DNA of 64,000 bases from an uncultured delta proteobacterium (GTDB lineage Bacteria; Desulfobacterota; Binatia; UBA9968): assembly GCA_963760795.1 (NCBI GenBank), contig CAVXEP010000001.1, positions 32,001 to 96,000 on the forward strand, written 5' to 3'. A program made the position numbers and the translations under genes. Shown here piece after piece: positions 9,931-19,656 of the stretch; position 1 is the stretch's first letter, and the number at the start of each line of letters is the position of its first letter. Below the pieces are notes generated by a model that saw only the letters and a program-made list of their open reading frames with translations, had not been told where the DNA came from and did not search any database.

Positions 9931-10005
9931 GCCTCAGTCAGCTTTTCGCTTCACCGAATCACCCGGCATGCCGATTTTGGTCTGCCGGGCCGCGTGCTGG
10001 ACTGA

Positions 10006-10032
10006 TGTAGGGGCCGACCTGCGTGTCGGCCC
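10006..10032. repeat. GTAG-type REP-like hairpin
   Basis: TGTAGGGGCCGACCTGCGTGTCGGCCC. Confidence 0.6.
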
Positions 10033-10111
10033 TCCGAACTTGGCCGCGGCTAATCGCGGGTTGGAAAACCCGCGCTCCCTTATCCGCTCCTATTCTTGCA
10101 TGTTGCCTTTT

Positions 10112-11164
10112 TCATCGAATCACCTTATCCGCCCTTACCAACACATTCGGCGGAATCGTCAGGCCGATCTGCTTTGCCGCTTTCAAATTGACGATGAACT
10201 CGAACTTGATCGGCTGCTCGACCGGGAGGTCGACAGGCTTTCGACCTTTTAGAATCTTGTCGACATATGTCGCAGCGCGGCGGAACAGGTCGTTAATGTT
10301 AACACCGTAGGTCATGAGCCCGCCGTCCTCGACGTTTTCCGGCCAAGGATATACTGCCGGAAGCCGGCTCTTTACCGCGACATCGGCAGTCTGCATTCGC
10401 TGAGCAAGAAAGGCGGGGCTCCTCAGTACGAGGACTGCGCCAGCACGCCCCTTGCTCGCGGCTAGAAATGCAGTCTCAATATTCTTAGGATCAGGTACGT
10501 CTAGGTATTGAAGCTGCACCTTGAGGGCCTCTGCGGCGAGTTCCGTCTCTTTTAACATTTGGCCGTTGCCCGCTCTGGTCGAATTACCCATGACAGCCAC
10601 ACGCGCGAGTTTCGGTACGATCTCCTTTAGCAGCTCAAGTTGTTTTCCACTTATTTCCGGCGAAAGGGCCGACAATCCGGTAATGTTCGCGCCCGGCTGC
10701 GCAAGGCTGGCGACGAATCCCGAGCCCACGGGGTCATCGTCAACGGCCATCACAATTGGAATGGAAGAAGTTGCTTCCTTGGCGGGACGGGTTACCGTCG
10801 GACCGGCCGAAACGATGACATCGACTTTGAGGCGTGCTAGCTCGACTGCGAGCGCTGGGAGGCGATCTAGTTTTCCATCTGCATATCGCCACTCAATGAC
10901 AATGTTGTTTGCCCCTTCATGATATCCAAGCTCGCGCAACCCCTGCCTGAACGCCTCGACGCGGGCCGAGATCGTGGATGGGGAGACGGCACTCAAGAAC
11001 CCTATTCGGGGGATTTTCGCTGGCTGTTGCGCCTCAACCAACGCCCCCCAGACTACGAGCATGACCACGGTGGTAATAAACCTCACCCATTTTGGATTTT
11101 GGATTTTAGATTTTCGATTATCGGATCGAAAATTCGGGAAGTGCATCCAGATTCTTTTGTGCAT
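10112..11164 (-). CDS. ABC_sub_bind-family substrate-binding protein
   Basis: AFRQGLRELGY, DPVGSGFVASLAQPGANITG, DLPVEQPIKFE, NLKAAKQIGLTIP; start uncertain (inside repeat D). Confidence 0.85.
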   Translation of the reverse strand: MHKRIWMHFPNFRSDNRKSKIQNPKWVRFITTVVMLVVWGALVEAQQPAKIPRIGFLSAVSPSTISARVEAFRQGLRELGYHEGANNIVIEWRYADGKLDRLPALAVELARLKVDVIVSAGPTVTRPAKEATSSIPIVMAVDDDPVGSGFVASLAQPGANITGLSALSPEISGKQLELLKEIVPKLARVAVMGNSTRAGNGQMLKETELAAEALKVQLQYLDVPDPKNIETAFLAASKGRAGAVLVLRSPAFLAQRMQTADVAVKSRLPAVYPWPENVEDGGLMTYGVNINDLFRRAATYVDKILKGRKPVDLPVEQPIKFEFIVNLKAAKQIGLTIPPNVLVRADKVIR

Positions 11165-11210
11165 TTGTCTTTCTATCTTAATCGAAAATCGGCAATCTAA
11201 AATCCAAAAT
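11089..11210. repeat. TTTTGGA/AAAATC heptamer palindromic element, family D
   Basis: ATTTTGGATTTTGGATTTTAGATTTTCGATT ... AATCGAAAATCGGCAATCTAAAATCCAAAAT. Confidence 0.85.
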
Positions 11211-11213
11211 CGG

Positions 11214-12206
11214 TCACGGCCATACCGTCTTGATGAATCCGGTCGACTCCAGCTCATCCATGAAGCTCGGGTCCATGAATTCTTCGGCTTTACGGCCCTT
11301 GGCTTTGGGGTTGTTCTCGGCGATCAGACTCAATGAATTCTCGACGCCTTTGGGATTGATCTTGGGAATTTTCTTTATGTAGCGCGAGGCGAACAGGTCG
11401 TGGGTCGTCGCCAACATGTCGCGGTCGGTGACGCCGCCGTATTTTCTAAGTGCGCGGATGCCGAGCTCACGGTCGGTCAAAAGTCGCTTGGTGCCTTCGA
11501 TATAAGCCTTGAGAAAGCGTAGCACGGTGTCGCGGTTGGCGTTGGCGTAGCGGCGGCTCACGACCACGGTTGACGCTGGGCTTTCGAATCCCGACTCGGA
11601 GAAGTCGAGCAGAGTTTTCAAATTAAACTTTTCCGCGTGGACGGAAGTTGGAAACGACACCATGCCGCCGTCGACGGTTTTTTGCGCGATCGCGATGGCG
11701 ATGTCGGGCATGCGGCCGATCTGCACTATCTTCACGTCTTTTTGCGGCTCCAAGCCCCAATTTTTCAGCGCCGGCCGCAGCAACAAGTCGGTCAGCGAAC
11801 CGAAGCCTGTGACCGCGAGGGTTTTGCCTCTGAGATCCTGTGGTTTGGCGATGCTCGGGCTGACCATCAGCTTCATGATTTGGTTGTCGATGGAGCTAGC
11901 GACTTGAATCAAGTCGGCGCCGCCCACGGAGGCTTGCAGATAGACGACGGATGAAATCGTTGAGATATCGAGCTGGCCGGAGACATGAACCTGCACCAGT
12001 TTCACGCCTTGGACGTAAACCATCTCGCTGTCGAAGCCGTATTTCTCCAAGAGCCCGGCTTCTTTGGTGGCGAACAGCGGATAGAACGCCGCGCTCGGCG
12101 AGGGATAGCCGACGCGCAACTTTGATAGCGTGGCGCCGTCGGCAGCCAACGAATTAAAGATTGAAAATGCAAAATTGAAAATTAAAAGAACTATCCACGG
12201 TTTCAT
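11214..12206 (-). CDS. SsuA/NMT1-type substrate-binding protein
   Basis: Signal peptide; DLRGKTLAVTGFGS, ELESTGFIK. Confidence 0.85.
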   Translation of the reverse strand: MKPWIVLLIFNFAFSIFNSLAADGATLSKLRVGYPSPSAAFYPLFATKEAGLLEKYGFDSEMVYVQGVKLVQVHVSGQLDISTISSVVYLQASVGGADLIQVASSIDNQIMKLMVSPSIAKPQDLRGKTLAVTGFGSLTDLLLRPALKNWGLEPQKDVKIVQIGRMPDIAIAIAQKTVDGGMVSFPTSVHAEKFNLKTLLDFSESGFESPASTVVVSRRYANANRDTVLRFLKAYIEGTKRLLTDRELGIRALRKYGGVTDRDMLATTHDLFASRYIKKIPKINPKGVENSLSLIAENNPKAKGRKAEEFMDPSFMDELESTGFIKTVWP

Positions 12207-12265
12207 TGCTTAACCTCTATCGCAATGGCTCGCAATGCAGCCAGTCAGACGCGCACCGACTGCGG

Positions 12266-13099
12266 TTAACAGCTAAATAGTTGCTGTGCGTTGGCGAACA
12301 AGAGTTTGTCCTTCACCGCCGGTTTGAAGTTCATCTTGTCAAAGCTCGTCAGGGCTTTTTCCAAATCGACGTAAGGGAAATCCGTCCCGAAGAGCGCTTT
12401 GTCTTGCAGCCGGCCGCCGATGGCCTTTTGAAATAGTTCGGGAAGCTGTTCCGCGAGATACCCAGAGGTGTCGACGAAGAGATTCTTTTTGTGCGTAACC
12501 ACGCCGATGAGCTCTTGCTCCCAGGGCCAGCCGGGATGGGCCGCGATGATTTTCATCTTGGGAAAGTCGCGGGCGAGAGTGTCCAGGTAAATCGGCCGGC
12601 CATAATCGAGGGCGATGCCGCTGCCGCCGTCGGTGTTGGCACCGAGCACCGTGAAGCCGACATGGAACAATGCCGGCTTGCCGCTTGCCTGGATAATTTC
12701 CCAAATGTCGTAGAAGCGCTTGTCGTTGGGATAAAAGCCTTGATCGGGCGGATGAAATTTGAAGCCTTTGACCTTGGGGTTTTTCACCAGCTCCTCGGCG
12801 TAGCGGGCGACGACGGTCAAATCCGCCGCTCTGGTGTCGAGGGCGGCGAGGATGCCGGGAAAGGTCTCGGGAAACTGATTGGCCAGATCGAGCACATGTT
12901 CGTTGCTGTTGCGCGCGCCTTCGTTGACCGTCGACGGGTGCCAGCCGATCAATAGCGCTTGCACATCGTTCTTGGCATAGAGCGCGGCGAAGCCCTCAGG
13001 GGTCTGCGGGATGTCGTTCAAGTTTCTGCGAAAATAGCCGCAGGCGTGATGGTCGAGGCCGCGGGTGCTTGGATGGACGTGAACGTCAAAGGCTTTCAT
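12266..13099 (-). CDS. Amidohydrolase-2 family protein
   Basis: DVHVH, GFKFHP, FHVG, AHPGWPW, LFGTDFP. Confidence 0.9.
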   Translation of the reverse strand: MKAFDVHVHPSTRGLDHHACGYFRRNLNDIPQTPEGFAALYAKNDVQALLIGWHPSTVNEGARNSNEHVLDLANQFPETFPGILAALDTRAADLTVVARYAEELVKNPKVKGFKFHPPDQGFYPNDKRFYDIWEIIQASGKPALFHVGFTVLGANTDGGSGIALDYGRPIYLDTLARDFPKMKIIAAHPGWPWEQELIGVVTHKKNLFVDTSGYLAEQLPELFQKAIGGRLQDKALFGTDFPYVDLEKALTSFDKMNFKPAVKDKLLFANAQQLFSC

Positions 13100-13117
13100 G
13101 GAAGGTCGCTTATGATC

Positions 13118-14270
13118 TCAGAAGCGTGGGTAAAAAGTCTTGTTGCCGCCGGATCTCTCAGCGAGAATTGCTGGAATTGCCAATGGGTTCAAGCCGAGCA
13201 TTCGATTGGTTTTCTCCAGCTCCTCTCGCAGCGCCGCCGCGCCGGTGGCATCGATCTGTTTCAATGGCGGCTGCGGCATCTTGATGCCCTCGGTGGCGAC
13301 AAGATCGACGGTGGCGGGAGTCTCACCGAGCTCGGCAACGCGGGCGGCGGCGACCAACATCGACGTCATGAGCGCGCGCTTGACGTTTTCGTCGTCGAGA
13401 GATTTACCCTGGGCATCGGCCAATTCGATAAATCGTCGGATTGGGTTTCTGATCGACGTAGAATCTCGGGTTGTCCTTGGCGAGGCGGCTAAGCAACGGT
13501 GAAGAGCGCAGGAAGGTGTCGCCGCGCAGTTCCGCCATGATGCGCGTGACATCTTCGACGATGGCCGGCTTCCAACTGTCGAAGCTCACGAACGGCGGGA
13601 GCAGTTTTAACTCCTTCGCCGCTTGGTCGACCTGGTCGATACGCGCGCCCAGTTCAAGTAAACGCACCGCCATGACGGCATAGATCATCAGGATGCCGTT
13701 GGAGACGAAGCCGGAGATGTCTTGCACCGGCACCGGATCGCGGCCGAGAGTTGTAAGAAAAGATAGGATCGATTCCCGGTTCGGCGCCGTCATGTCACCG
13801 CTGACGAATTCGACCATCTGCGTGTAGAGCACGGGATTGAAAAAGTGCGTCAGGGAAAAATTCTCGCGGTTGACGATCCCATCGCGCAATAGAGTCGCGC
13901 GGGTGACCGACGATGTGTTGGTCGTCAGCAGGCCGGCGAAGCCGGCGTCGCGGAGAGCTTTGTAGACCGCGAGCTTGACCTGAGTTTTTTCGGAAACCGC
14001 TTCGGTGACCAGGTTGGCTTGCGCCAGCGCCGCTACGCCGTCGGCAGGCACGAGCAGTCTTCGCAGATTGTCGATCTCGCCACCCGAAATGCGATTGCGC
14101 TTTTGCAAGCGGTCGATGGTTTGCTCGCGCCGGTCGGCCAGCGAATCCATTGCCGCCTTCGCGGCGTCATAGGCCAGCGTGCGAAAGCCCTTCATGGCGT
14201 AGAGAAAGGCGATGTCGAAGCCCATGACGCCGAGGCCGATGACGCCGACGGTTTTGATTTGAGTTTCCAT
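13118..14270 (-). CDS. 3-hydroxyacyl-CoA dehydrogenase family protein (+1 frameshift ~13428, probably artefact)
   Basis: GVIGLGVMG, EAVSE, TNTSS, HFFNP; C-terminus continues in ORF 13118-13552. Confidence 0.8.
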
Positions 14271-14524
14271 GTGAACGTTGTTGGAGCGAGTTGGACTCGA
14301 CCGGAAATATCATAGGCGCTGGGGCAACACAATGTGAGATGAGTGGGTTGCGCGTCGGTTCAGTGGTCCGGAGAGATTTCTCGCTGCGCTCGAAAGGACA
14401 GTTGCGCGGCAGTTAGAACCCAATGCCGGTGACACGCCTTGGATGAAATCTTGCCTTGACTTGGTTTCACCCCTTCTCTAAGTTCAGCCTCGGCACGCTG
14501 CGACGCGGCAATAACGGAGGTTCG

Positions 14525-15526
14525 ATGAAGTTTGTGGGATTCTTCCTCTTGCTCGCCTTGGAATTTTGGCTCGGGCTAACCTCTGTCCAGGCGGCGCAGG
14601 TGGCGGAGTTGGAGAAGCTCAACGTCTGCTATTCGTCCATCGCCGCCACGTCGATCACCACTTGGGTGCCGCAGGAGGCTGGCATTTACAAAAAATACGG
14701 GCTCGACGTGAGCGTTATTTATGTCGCCGGTGCGCAGGCGATTACGACCTTGCTTTCGGGCGACGCGCATATCGTCCAAGGTTCGGGCGCGGCGGCGGCG
14801 TTGTCGCGGCTGGCCGGTTCGGATGCGATCACCATCGGCACGACCATCAACGTCATTCCCATGAGCCTGGTGACCACGCCGGATATCGCGACGGCGCAGG
14901 ATTTGAAGGGCAAGACTTTTGGCGTCAGCCGCTTCGGTTCTTTGACCGATCTCGGATTGCGCAAGGCGGTCGCCGAGTTCGGTCTCGACCCAAACAAAGA
15001 CATCAAGATGATTCAAACCGGCGGCGTGCCGGAAATATTGCTGTTCATGCAGCAGGGTGTGATCAAGGGCGGGTTGATTTCGTCGCCGACCTTGGAGAAG
15101 GCCAAGGAAGCTGGCTACAGGGAATTCTTGAATTTAAGCGAAGTGAAGTTTCGCTACCCTGGCACCGCTCTGGTAACCACCGATGCGTTCATACGCAATC
15201 GGCCGCAGACGCTCAACCGCTTTCTGAAAGCCACTCTCGAAGGAATCAAGTTCGCCAAGGCCAACCCCGATTTTACCGTGCGCATCCTCGGCAAATACAC
15301 GCGCAATACGGACACCAAGCTATTGATGAGCGCGTTTAAGAGTTACGTGCTCGGTTACATCCGCAACATCCCGACCGTGACCCTGCCGGAAATGGAAGCG
15401 GTGATGGAAGACTTGGCCGAGCGCAATCCCAAAGCCAAGGGCGCCGACGCGCGGCGGTTCTACGATCCGGCGCCGCTCGAGCAGTTGGCGAAGGAAGGGT
15501 TCATCAAAGAATTGTATCCGCGTTAA
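14525..15526 (+). CDS. SsuA/NMT1-type substrate-binding protein
   Basis: RBS GGAGG before MKFVG; DLKGKTFGVSRFGS; EGFIKELY. Confidence 0.9.
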   Translation: MKFVGFFLLLALEFWLGLTSVQAAQVAELEKLNVCYSSIAATSITTWVPQEAGIYKKYGLDVSVIYVAGAQAITTLLSGDAHIVQGSGAAAALSRLAGSDAITIGTTINVIPMSLVTTPDIATAQDLKGKTFGVSRFGSLTDLGLRKAVAEFGLDPNKDIKMIQTGGVPEILLFMQQGVIKGGLISSPTLEKAKEAGYREFLNLSEVKFRYPGTALVTTDAFIRNRPQTLNRFLKATLEGIKFAKANPDFTVRILGKYTRNTDTKLLMSAFKSYVLGYIRNIPTVTLPEMEAVMEDLAERNPKAKGADARRFYDPAPLEQLAKEGFIKELYPR

Positions 15527-15540
15527 TAATCACGGGAACG

Positions 15541-15576
15541 CGTTCAAGCCGTTCAAGTAGTTCAAATCGTTCAAGC
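15541..15576. repeat. GTTCAA repeat, family A half element
   Basis: CGTTCAAGCCGTTCAAGTAGTTCAAATCGTTCAAGC (9-nt period). Confidence 0.7.
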
Positions 15577-15607
15577 TGTTTTGCACCTGCAATGCACGTA
15601 TGGTTGG

Positions 15608-16361
15608 AAGTTAGGAGGGAATGTCGTGATGATTAATGCTTCTTTGCGCACTCCAAACTTGTTACCCCTTATCTTAGCGCTGTCCATTCTCCCACTAGCA
15701 GCTTTCGCTCAAGCTCCTGCCGAGACTTCGCCGATGAAGATTGGCATCATCGGCTCCGGTAATATCGGCAGTACGGTGGGCACGCTGTGGGTGAAGGCTG
15801 GACATCAGGTGATGTTTTCCTCGCGCAATCCCGGTAATCTTAAACAACTGGTCGATGGCCTTGGACCGCTCGCTCGCGCCGGCACGGTTGCGGAGGCTTT
15901 AGCGTACGGCGACGCGATCTTTGTCGGCGTACCCTACGGCGCCATGCCGCAACTTGGAAAAGACTACGCGAAAGAGTTTTCCGGCAAGATCGTCCTCGAT
16001 GCCGGTAACGCCGTGGTGGCTCGGGATGGTGAGATTGGCAAAGCGGCGCGGGAAGCCGGAGTTGCTCTGACATCGGCGAAACTGTTGGCCGGGGCACGCA
16101 TCGTGCGGGCGTTCAATACGATCAATTTTCGCCGGCTCGCAAATCTTTCCAACCGAGCCGAGGGGCGAATCGCGAATTCCCATGGCCGGCGACGATCAAG
16201 AAGCGCTGAAGATCGCCTCCATGCTCGTGCGCGACGCCGGATTCGATCCGGTCGTGCTTGGCGGGCTCGAACGCTCGAAGCTGTTCGAGCAGGGCGGACC
16301 GCTGTACGGACAAGAAATTTCCGCGCAGGAGATGCGCGAACGGGTAAAAGCGCTGAAGTGA
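15608..16361 (+). CDS. Exported NADPH-dependent F420 reductase-like Rossmann oxidoreductase (frameshift ~16175)
   Basis: IGIIGSGNIG, IVRAFNT; corrected tail AIPMAGDDQEA...DAGFDPV ends at TGA 16361. Confidence 0.8.
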
Positions 16362-16488
16362 AACCTGGATAATCGTTCATCCCTTGACGCTGTGCGTTCT
16401 GCTGGCGTAATTAGATTCTGATTAGATCGTCGGGGCAAGCCGCTGTGCTTGCCCTTTCTGTTGTCACGGAACGTGAAAAGGAGCCGCT

Positions 16489-17544
16489 ATGAAAGCTGCC
16501 GTTCTCTACGAAGTGCGCCAACCCTTGAAGATCGAAGATCTCGAAATGCCCGAAGTGCACGACGAAGACGTGTTGATCAAAGTCGCGTCCTGCGGCGTGT
16601 GCCATACGGATTTAAAGGTCATCGAGGGGCGTAACCGGTTCACACCGCCGACGATTCTCGGCCATGAAGTGGCCGGCACCGTCGAAGCCATTGGCGCTCA
16701 GTGCAGAGACTTCAAGGTCGGCGACCGGGTGATCATCGGCATGCGCTACAAGTGCGGGCGCTGTCGTTACTGCTTGAGCGCCCACGAGAATCTCTGCGAG
16801 CGCCGCCCGGCGCCGCCTAATTTAAAAAAGCAAGATGGCACGGTGGTGACCCGCTGGAACGTCGGCGGTTTTGCCCAGTATGTGGCCGTGCCGGCTTATA
16901 TGACTTTCAAGATTCCCGATGGCATTTCGATGGAAGAGGCGAGCGTAGTCGGCTGCCGCGTGACCACCGCGTACAACGCCGTGAAGCATCGCGGCAAACT
17001 GCAGCCTAACGAGTCGGCGCTGGTGATCGGCTGCGGCGGCATCGGACTCAACACGATTCAGTTTCTCAAATGCTTCGGCGCTTATCCAATCATCGCCGTC
17101 GATATCGCCGAGGACAAATTAGCCGCGGCGAAAAACTTCGGCGCGACGCATACGATCAATGCCAGCGCGGAAGATCCGGTGAAAGCCGTGATCAAGCTCA
17201 CCGACGGCGGCGTCGACAAGTCTTTCGAAGCCATCGGTAACACCAAGACTTCCGATCAGATCATTCAAGCGACCCGGCCGGGCGGCACGGCGACGATCAT
17301 CGGCGGCTTGGGCAGCGGGCCGTTCACGATCAGCAGCGGCAACTTCGTCACCAAGGAAATCACCATCACCGGGGTGTCGAGCCGGCAAGCCAACGATGTC
17401 GATGAAGTATTTCAAATGGCCCAGCAGGGGCGCATCGAGCTCAAGAGCTTGATCACCCAAAGCTACCGCTATGAGCAGATCAATGAGGCGCTGCATGATT
17501 TGGAACATGGCAAGCTGCGAATGGGGATTTCGCTTTGGAACTAA
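16489..17544 (+). CDS. Zn-dependent alcohol dehydrogenase
   Basis: GVCHTD, GHE, CGRCRYC...C, IGCGGIG. Confidence 0.92.
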   Translation: MKAAVLYEVRQPLKIEDLEMPEVHDEDVLIKVASCGVCHTDLKVIEGRNRFTPPTILGHEVAGTVEAIGAQCRDFKVGDRVIIGMRYKCGRCRYCLSAHENLCERRPAPPNLKKQDGTVVTRWNVGGFAQYVAVPAYMTFKIPDGISMEEASVVGCRVTTAYNAVKHRGKLQPNESALVIGCGGIGLNTIQFLKCFGAYPIIAVDIAEDKLAAAKNFGATHTINASAEDPVKAVIKLTDGGVDKSFEAIGNTKTSDQIIQATRPGGTATIIGGLGSGPFTISSGNFVTKEITITGVSSRQANDVDEVFQMAQQGRIELKSLITQSYRYEQINEALHDLEHGKLRMGISLWN

Positions 17545-17557
17545 AGCGCTTCGCGCT

Positions 17558-17650
17558 TGTTCAAAGTTCAAGCGTTCAAAGGTTCAAGGTCGGATGACTC
17601 CATGGGAAGGTTCCAGTCGTTGCAAATGTTCCAGGGATTCCAATGGTCTT
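17558..17650. repeat. GTTCAA/GTTCCA repeat, family A
   Basis: TGTTCAAAGTTCAAGCGTTCAAAGGTTCAAGG...GTTCCAG...GTTCCAG. Confidence 0.7.
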
Positions 17651-17672
17651 CGGATTGTTTCGGAGTGCCGCG

Positions 17673-18621
17673 ATGAATATTAATAAGTCGCTCATGGTGG
17701 TTCTACTTGCTGGTTGGATTCTCAGTTCGGGAGCGCCGGGGTTTGCCCAGATGACCAATCTGCGTATCGCCTTTAACGGCTACGGTGGAACCATGCCGTT
17801 ATTTCTCGGCCAAGACGCGGGGATATTCAAGAAGCAGAATTTGCAATTGGAGATGATTTTTATCCCAGGCGGCTCGTTGTCGTTGCAGGCGTTGATCGGC
17901 AAGAGTCTGGAGTTGCTGTTGACCGGCGGTCCGCCGGTGGTGAATGCCGTATTTGCAGGGTGCGAAAATCAAAATCATCGGCGGCATGACCAATCTTTTA
18001 CCGTACACCTTCGTCGCCGTCGGCGGCATTCGCGGTCCTGAACAGTTGAAAGGTAAGAGGATCGGCATCAGCCGCTTCGGCAGCAACACTGATTACGTGG
18101 TGCGCTTAGCGCTCAATCAATTCGCCCTTGGGTTAAATGACGTGCAGATCATCCAGATCGGCGGCTCCCAGGCGCGCTTATTGGCGATGAAATCCGGTGC
18201 GATCCAGGCGACGGTGTTGAGCCCGGAAGAAGGTTTGGTTGCCCAAAAGATGGGTTACGGCGTGCTGCTCGATTTCATCGAGAAGGGCATCGAGTTTCCC
18301 CATGTGAATATCGTCGCACGGGACGAATATCTGGAAGGCCAGGGGGCGGTGGTGCGCGCATTCATGCGGGCTTACGTTGAGTCGGTGCGCTACTACAAAG
18401 CCAGCCGCAACGACGCGGTCAAAAAGATCATGGCAGTGACTAAGCTGCCGGAGCGGCAAATGGCCGAGACGGTTTACGACGGCTCTTTGCGAGCTACGCC
18501 GGACGACGGCAAGCCGACGCTTAAGGGGATGGAAGTGGTGCTCGATGCCGCCGCCAAGGAAAATCCCAAAGCGAAGGCTCTGACGGTTCAACAACTGGTC
18601 GATTTGCGCTACTTTCAATGA
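17673..18621 (+). CDS. SsuA/NMT1-type substrate-binding protein (frameshift ~17948)
   Basis: Two overlapping ORFs join into one SBP; LKGKRIGISRFGS. Confidence 0.8.
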
Positions 18622-18657
18622 GCAATAATTGTAATCGAGGGATCGATGACGGAATAA

Positions 18658-19497
18658 ATGGTTTGCCGGCGTATGGCTGTCGGCGGCCGGTGGTTAGTCG
18701 GCGGCGGCGCGTACGCGGCGGATCAGAAGCCCATCGACGTGATCGAAGACGATAGTTTTCTGATAGAGGAGGCTTACAACCAGGAGACCGGTGTGGTGCA
18801 GCATATCTTCACCGCTGCTTACACGAAGTCGGGCAGGACCCATGGTTGGGGATTCAACTTCACGCAGGAGTGGCCGGTGTTTTCCCAGGACCACCAGTTT
18901 TCCTACACGATCCCGTCATTTCATCAGGTTGAAGACGGATCGCGGGTATCGGGGGTGGGCGACATTTTGCTCAACTATCGCTACCAGTTGCTTTACGAAG
19001 GCGATTGCAAGCCGGCGGTGGCGCCGCGTTTCAGTTTGATCCTGCCCACCGGCAATCGCAAAAAGGGCACGGGCAATAACGTGGTCGGTTATCAGCTGAA
19101 CTTGCCAGTCAGTAAAAAAATAACCGATACGGTTGCGCTTCACGCCAACGCCGGCGCGACTATTTTACCGCATGTCAAAGCGCCGGTGGATATTAACGGC
19201 AACTCGGCAAAAAAATCACTGACCTCCGCCAATATCGGCGGCAGCGCGATTTACGCGTTGTTTCCGCGCTTTAATCTGATGCTTGAGTGGGAAGGTAACT
19301 CCGACCAGAGTTTTAGTGATTCCGGCAAGCGCCAACGATCGTTCTTGTCGACGTTGTCGCCGGGTTTTAGGACGGCGATCGTCAACGAGGACAAGTTGCA
19401 GATCGTTACCGGCGCGGCGATGCCGATCGGTCTCAATCGCAGGACCGATAATTTCGGAGCGTTTCTTTATCTGGCCATCGAGCATCATTTGTTTTAG
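18658..19497 (+). CDS. Probable outer-membrane beta-barrel channel ('transporter', MetA-pathway-like)
   Basis: SFLIEEAYNQE, GVGDILLNYRYQ, LILPTG, amphipathic strands, terminal Phe; start uncertain. Confidence 0.65.
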   Translation: MVCRRMAVGGRWLVGGGAYAADQKPIDVIEDDSFLIEEAYNQETGVVQHIFTAAYTKSGRTHGWGFNFTQEWPVFSQDHQFSYTIPSFHQVEDGSRVSGVGDILLNYRYQLLYEGDCKPAVAPRFSLILPTGNRKKGTGNNVVGYQLNLPVSKKITDTVALHANAGATILPHVKAPVDINGNSAKKSLTSANIGGSAIYALFPRFNLMLEWEGNSDQSFSDSGKRQRSFLSTLSPGFRTAIVNEDKLQIVTGAAMPIGLNRRTDNFGAFLYLAIEHHLF

Positions 19498-19513
19498 TGA
19501 GACCTCATGATTA

Positions 19514-19574
19514 CACCACGAAGAGCACGAAGGTTTCGAATAGTAAAATTCCAAACTTCGTGCTCTTCGTGGTG
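19514..19574. repeat. CACGAAG palindromic element, family B (perfect 19-bp arms)
   Basis: CACCACGAAGAGCACGAAG / CTTCGTGCTCTTCGTGGTG. Confidence 0.9.
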
Positions 19575-19656
19575 AATAGACTCTTCGCATCATTGCTTTT
19601 GTTAGCCTGAGGACTGGCAGGTCATTCCGGCAGTAAAATTTATCTGGGGGTGAAAC

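Noticed and set aside
9968-10310. Plus-strand ORFs (NHLIRPYQHIRRNRQADLL...)
   Set aside because: Antisense shadow of the conserved ABC_sub_bind C-terminus
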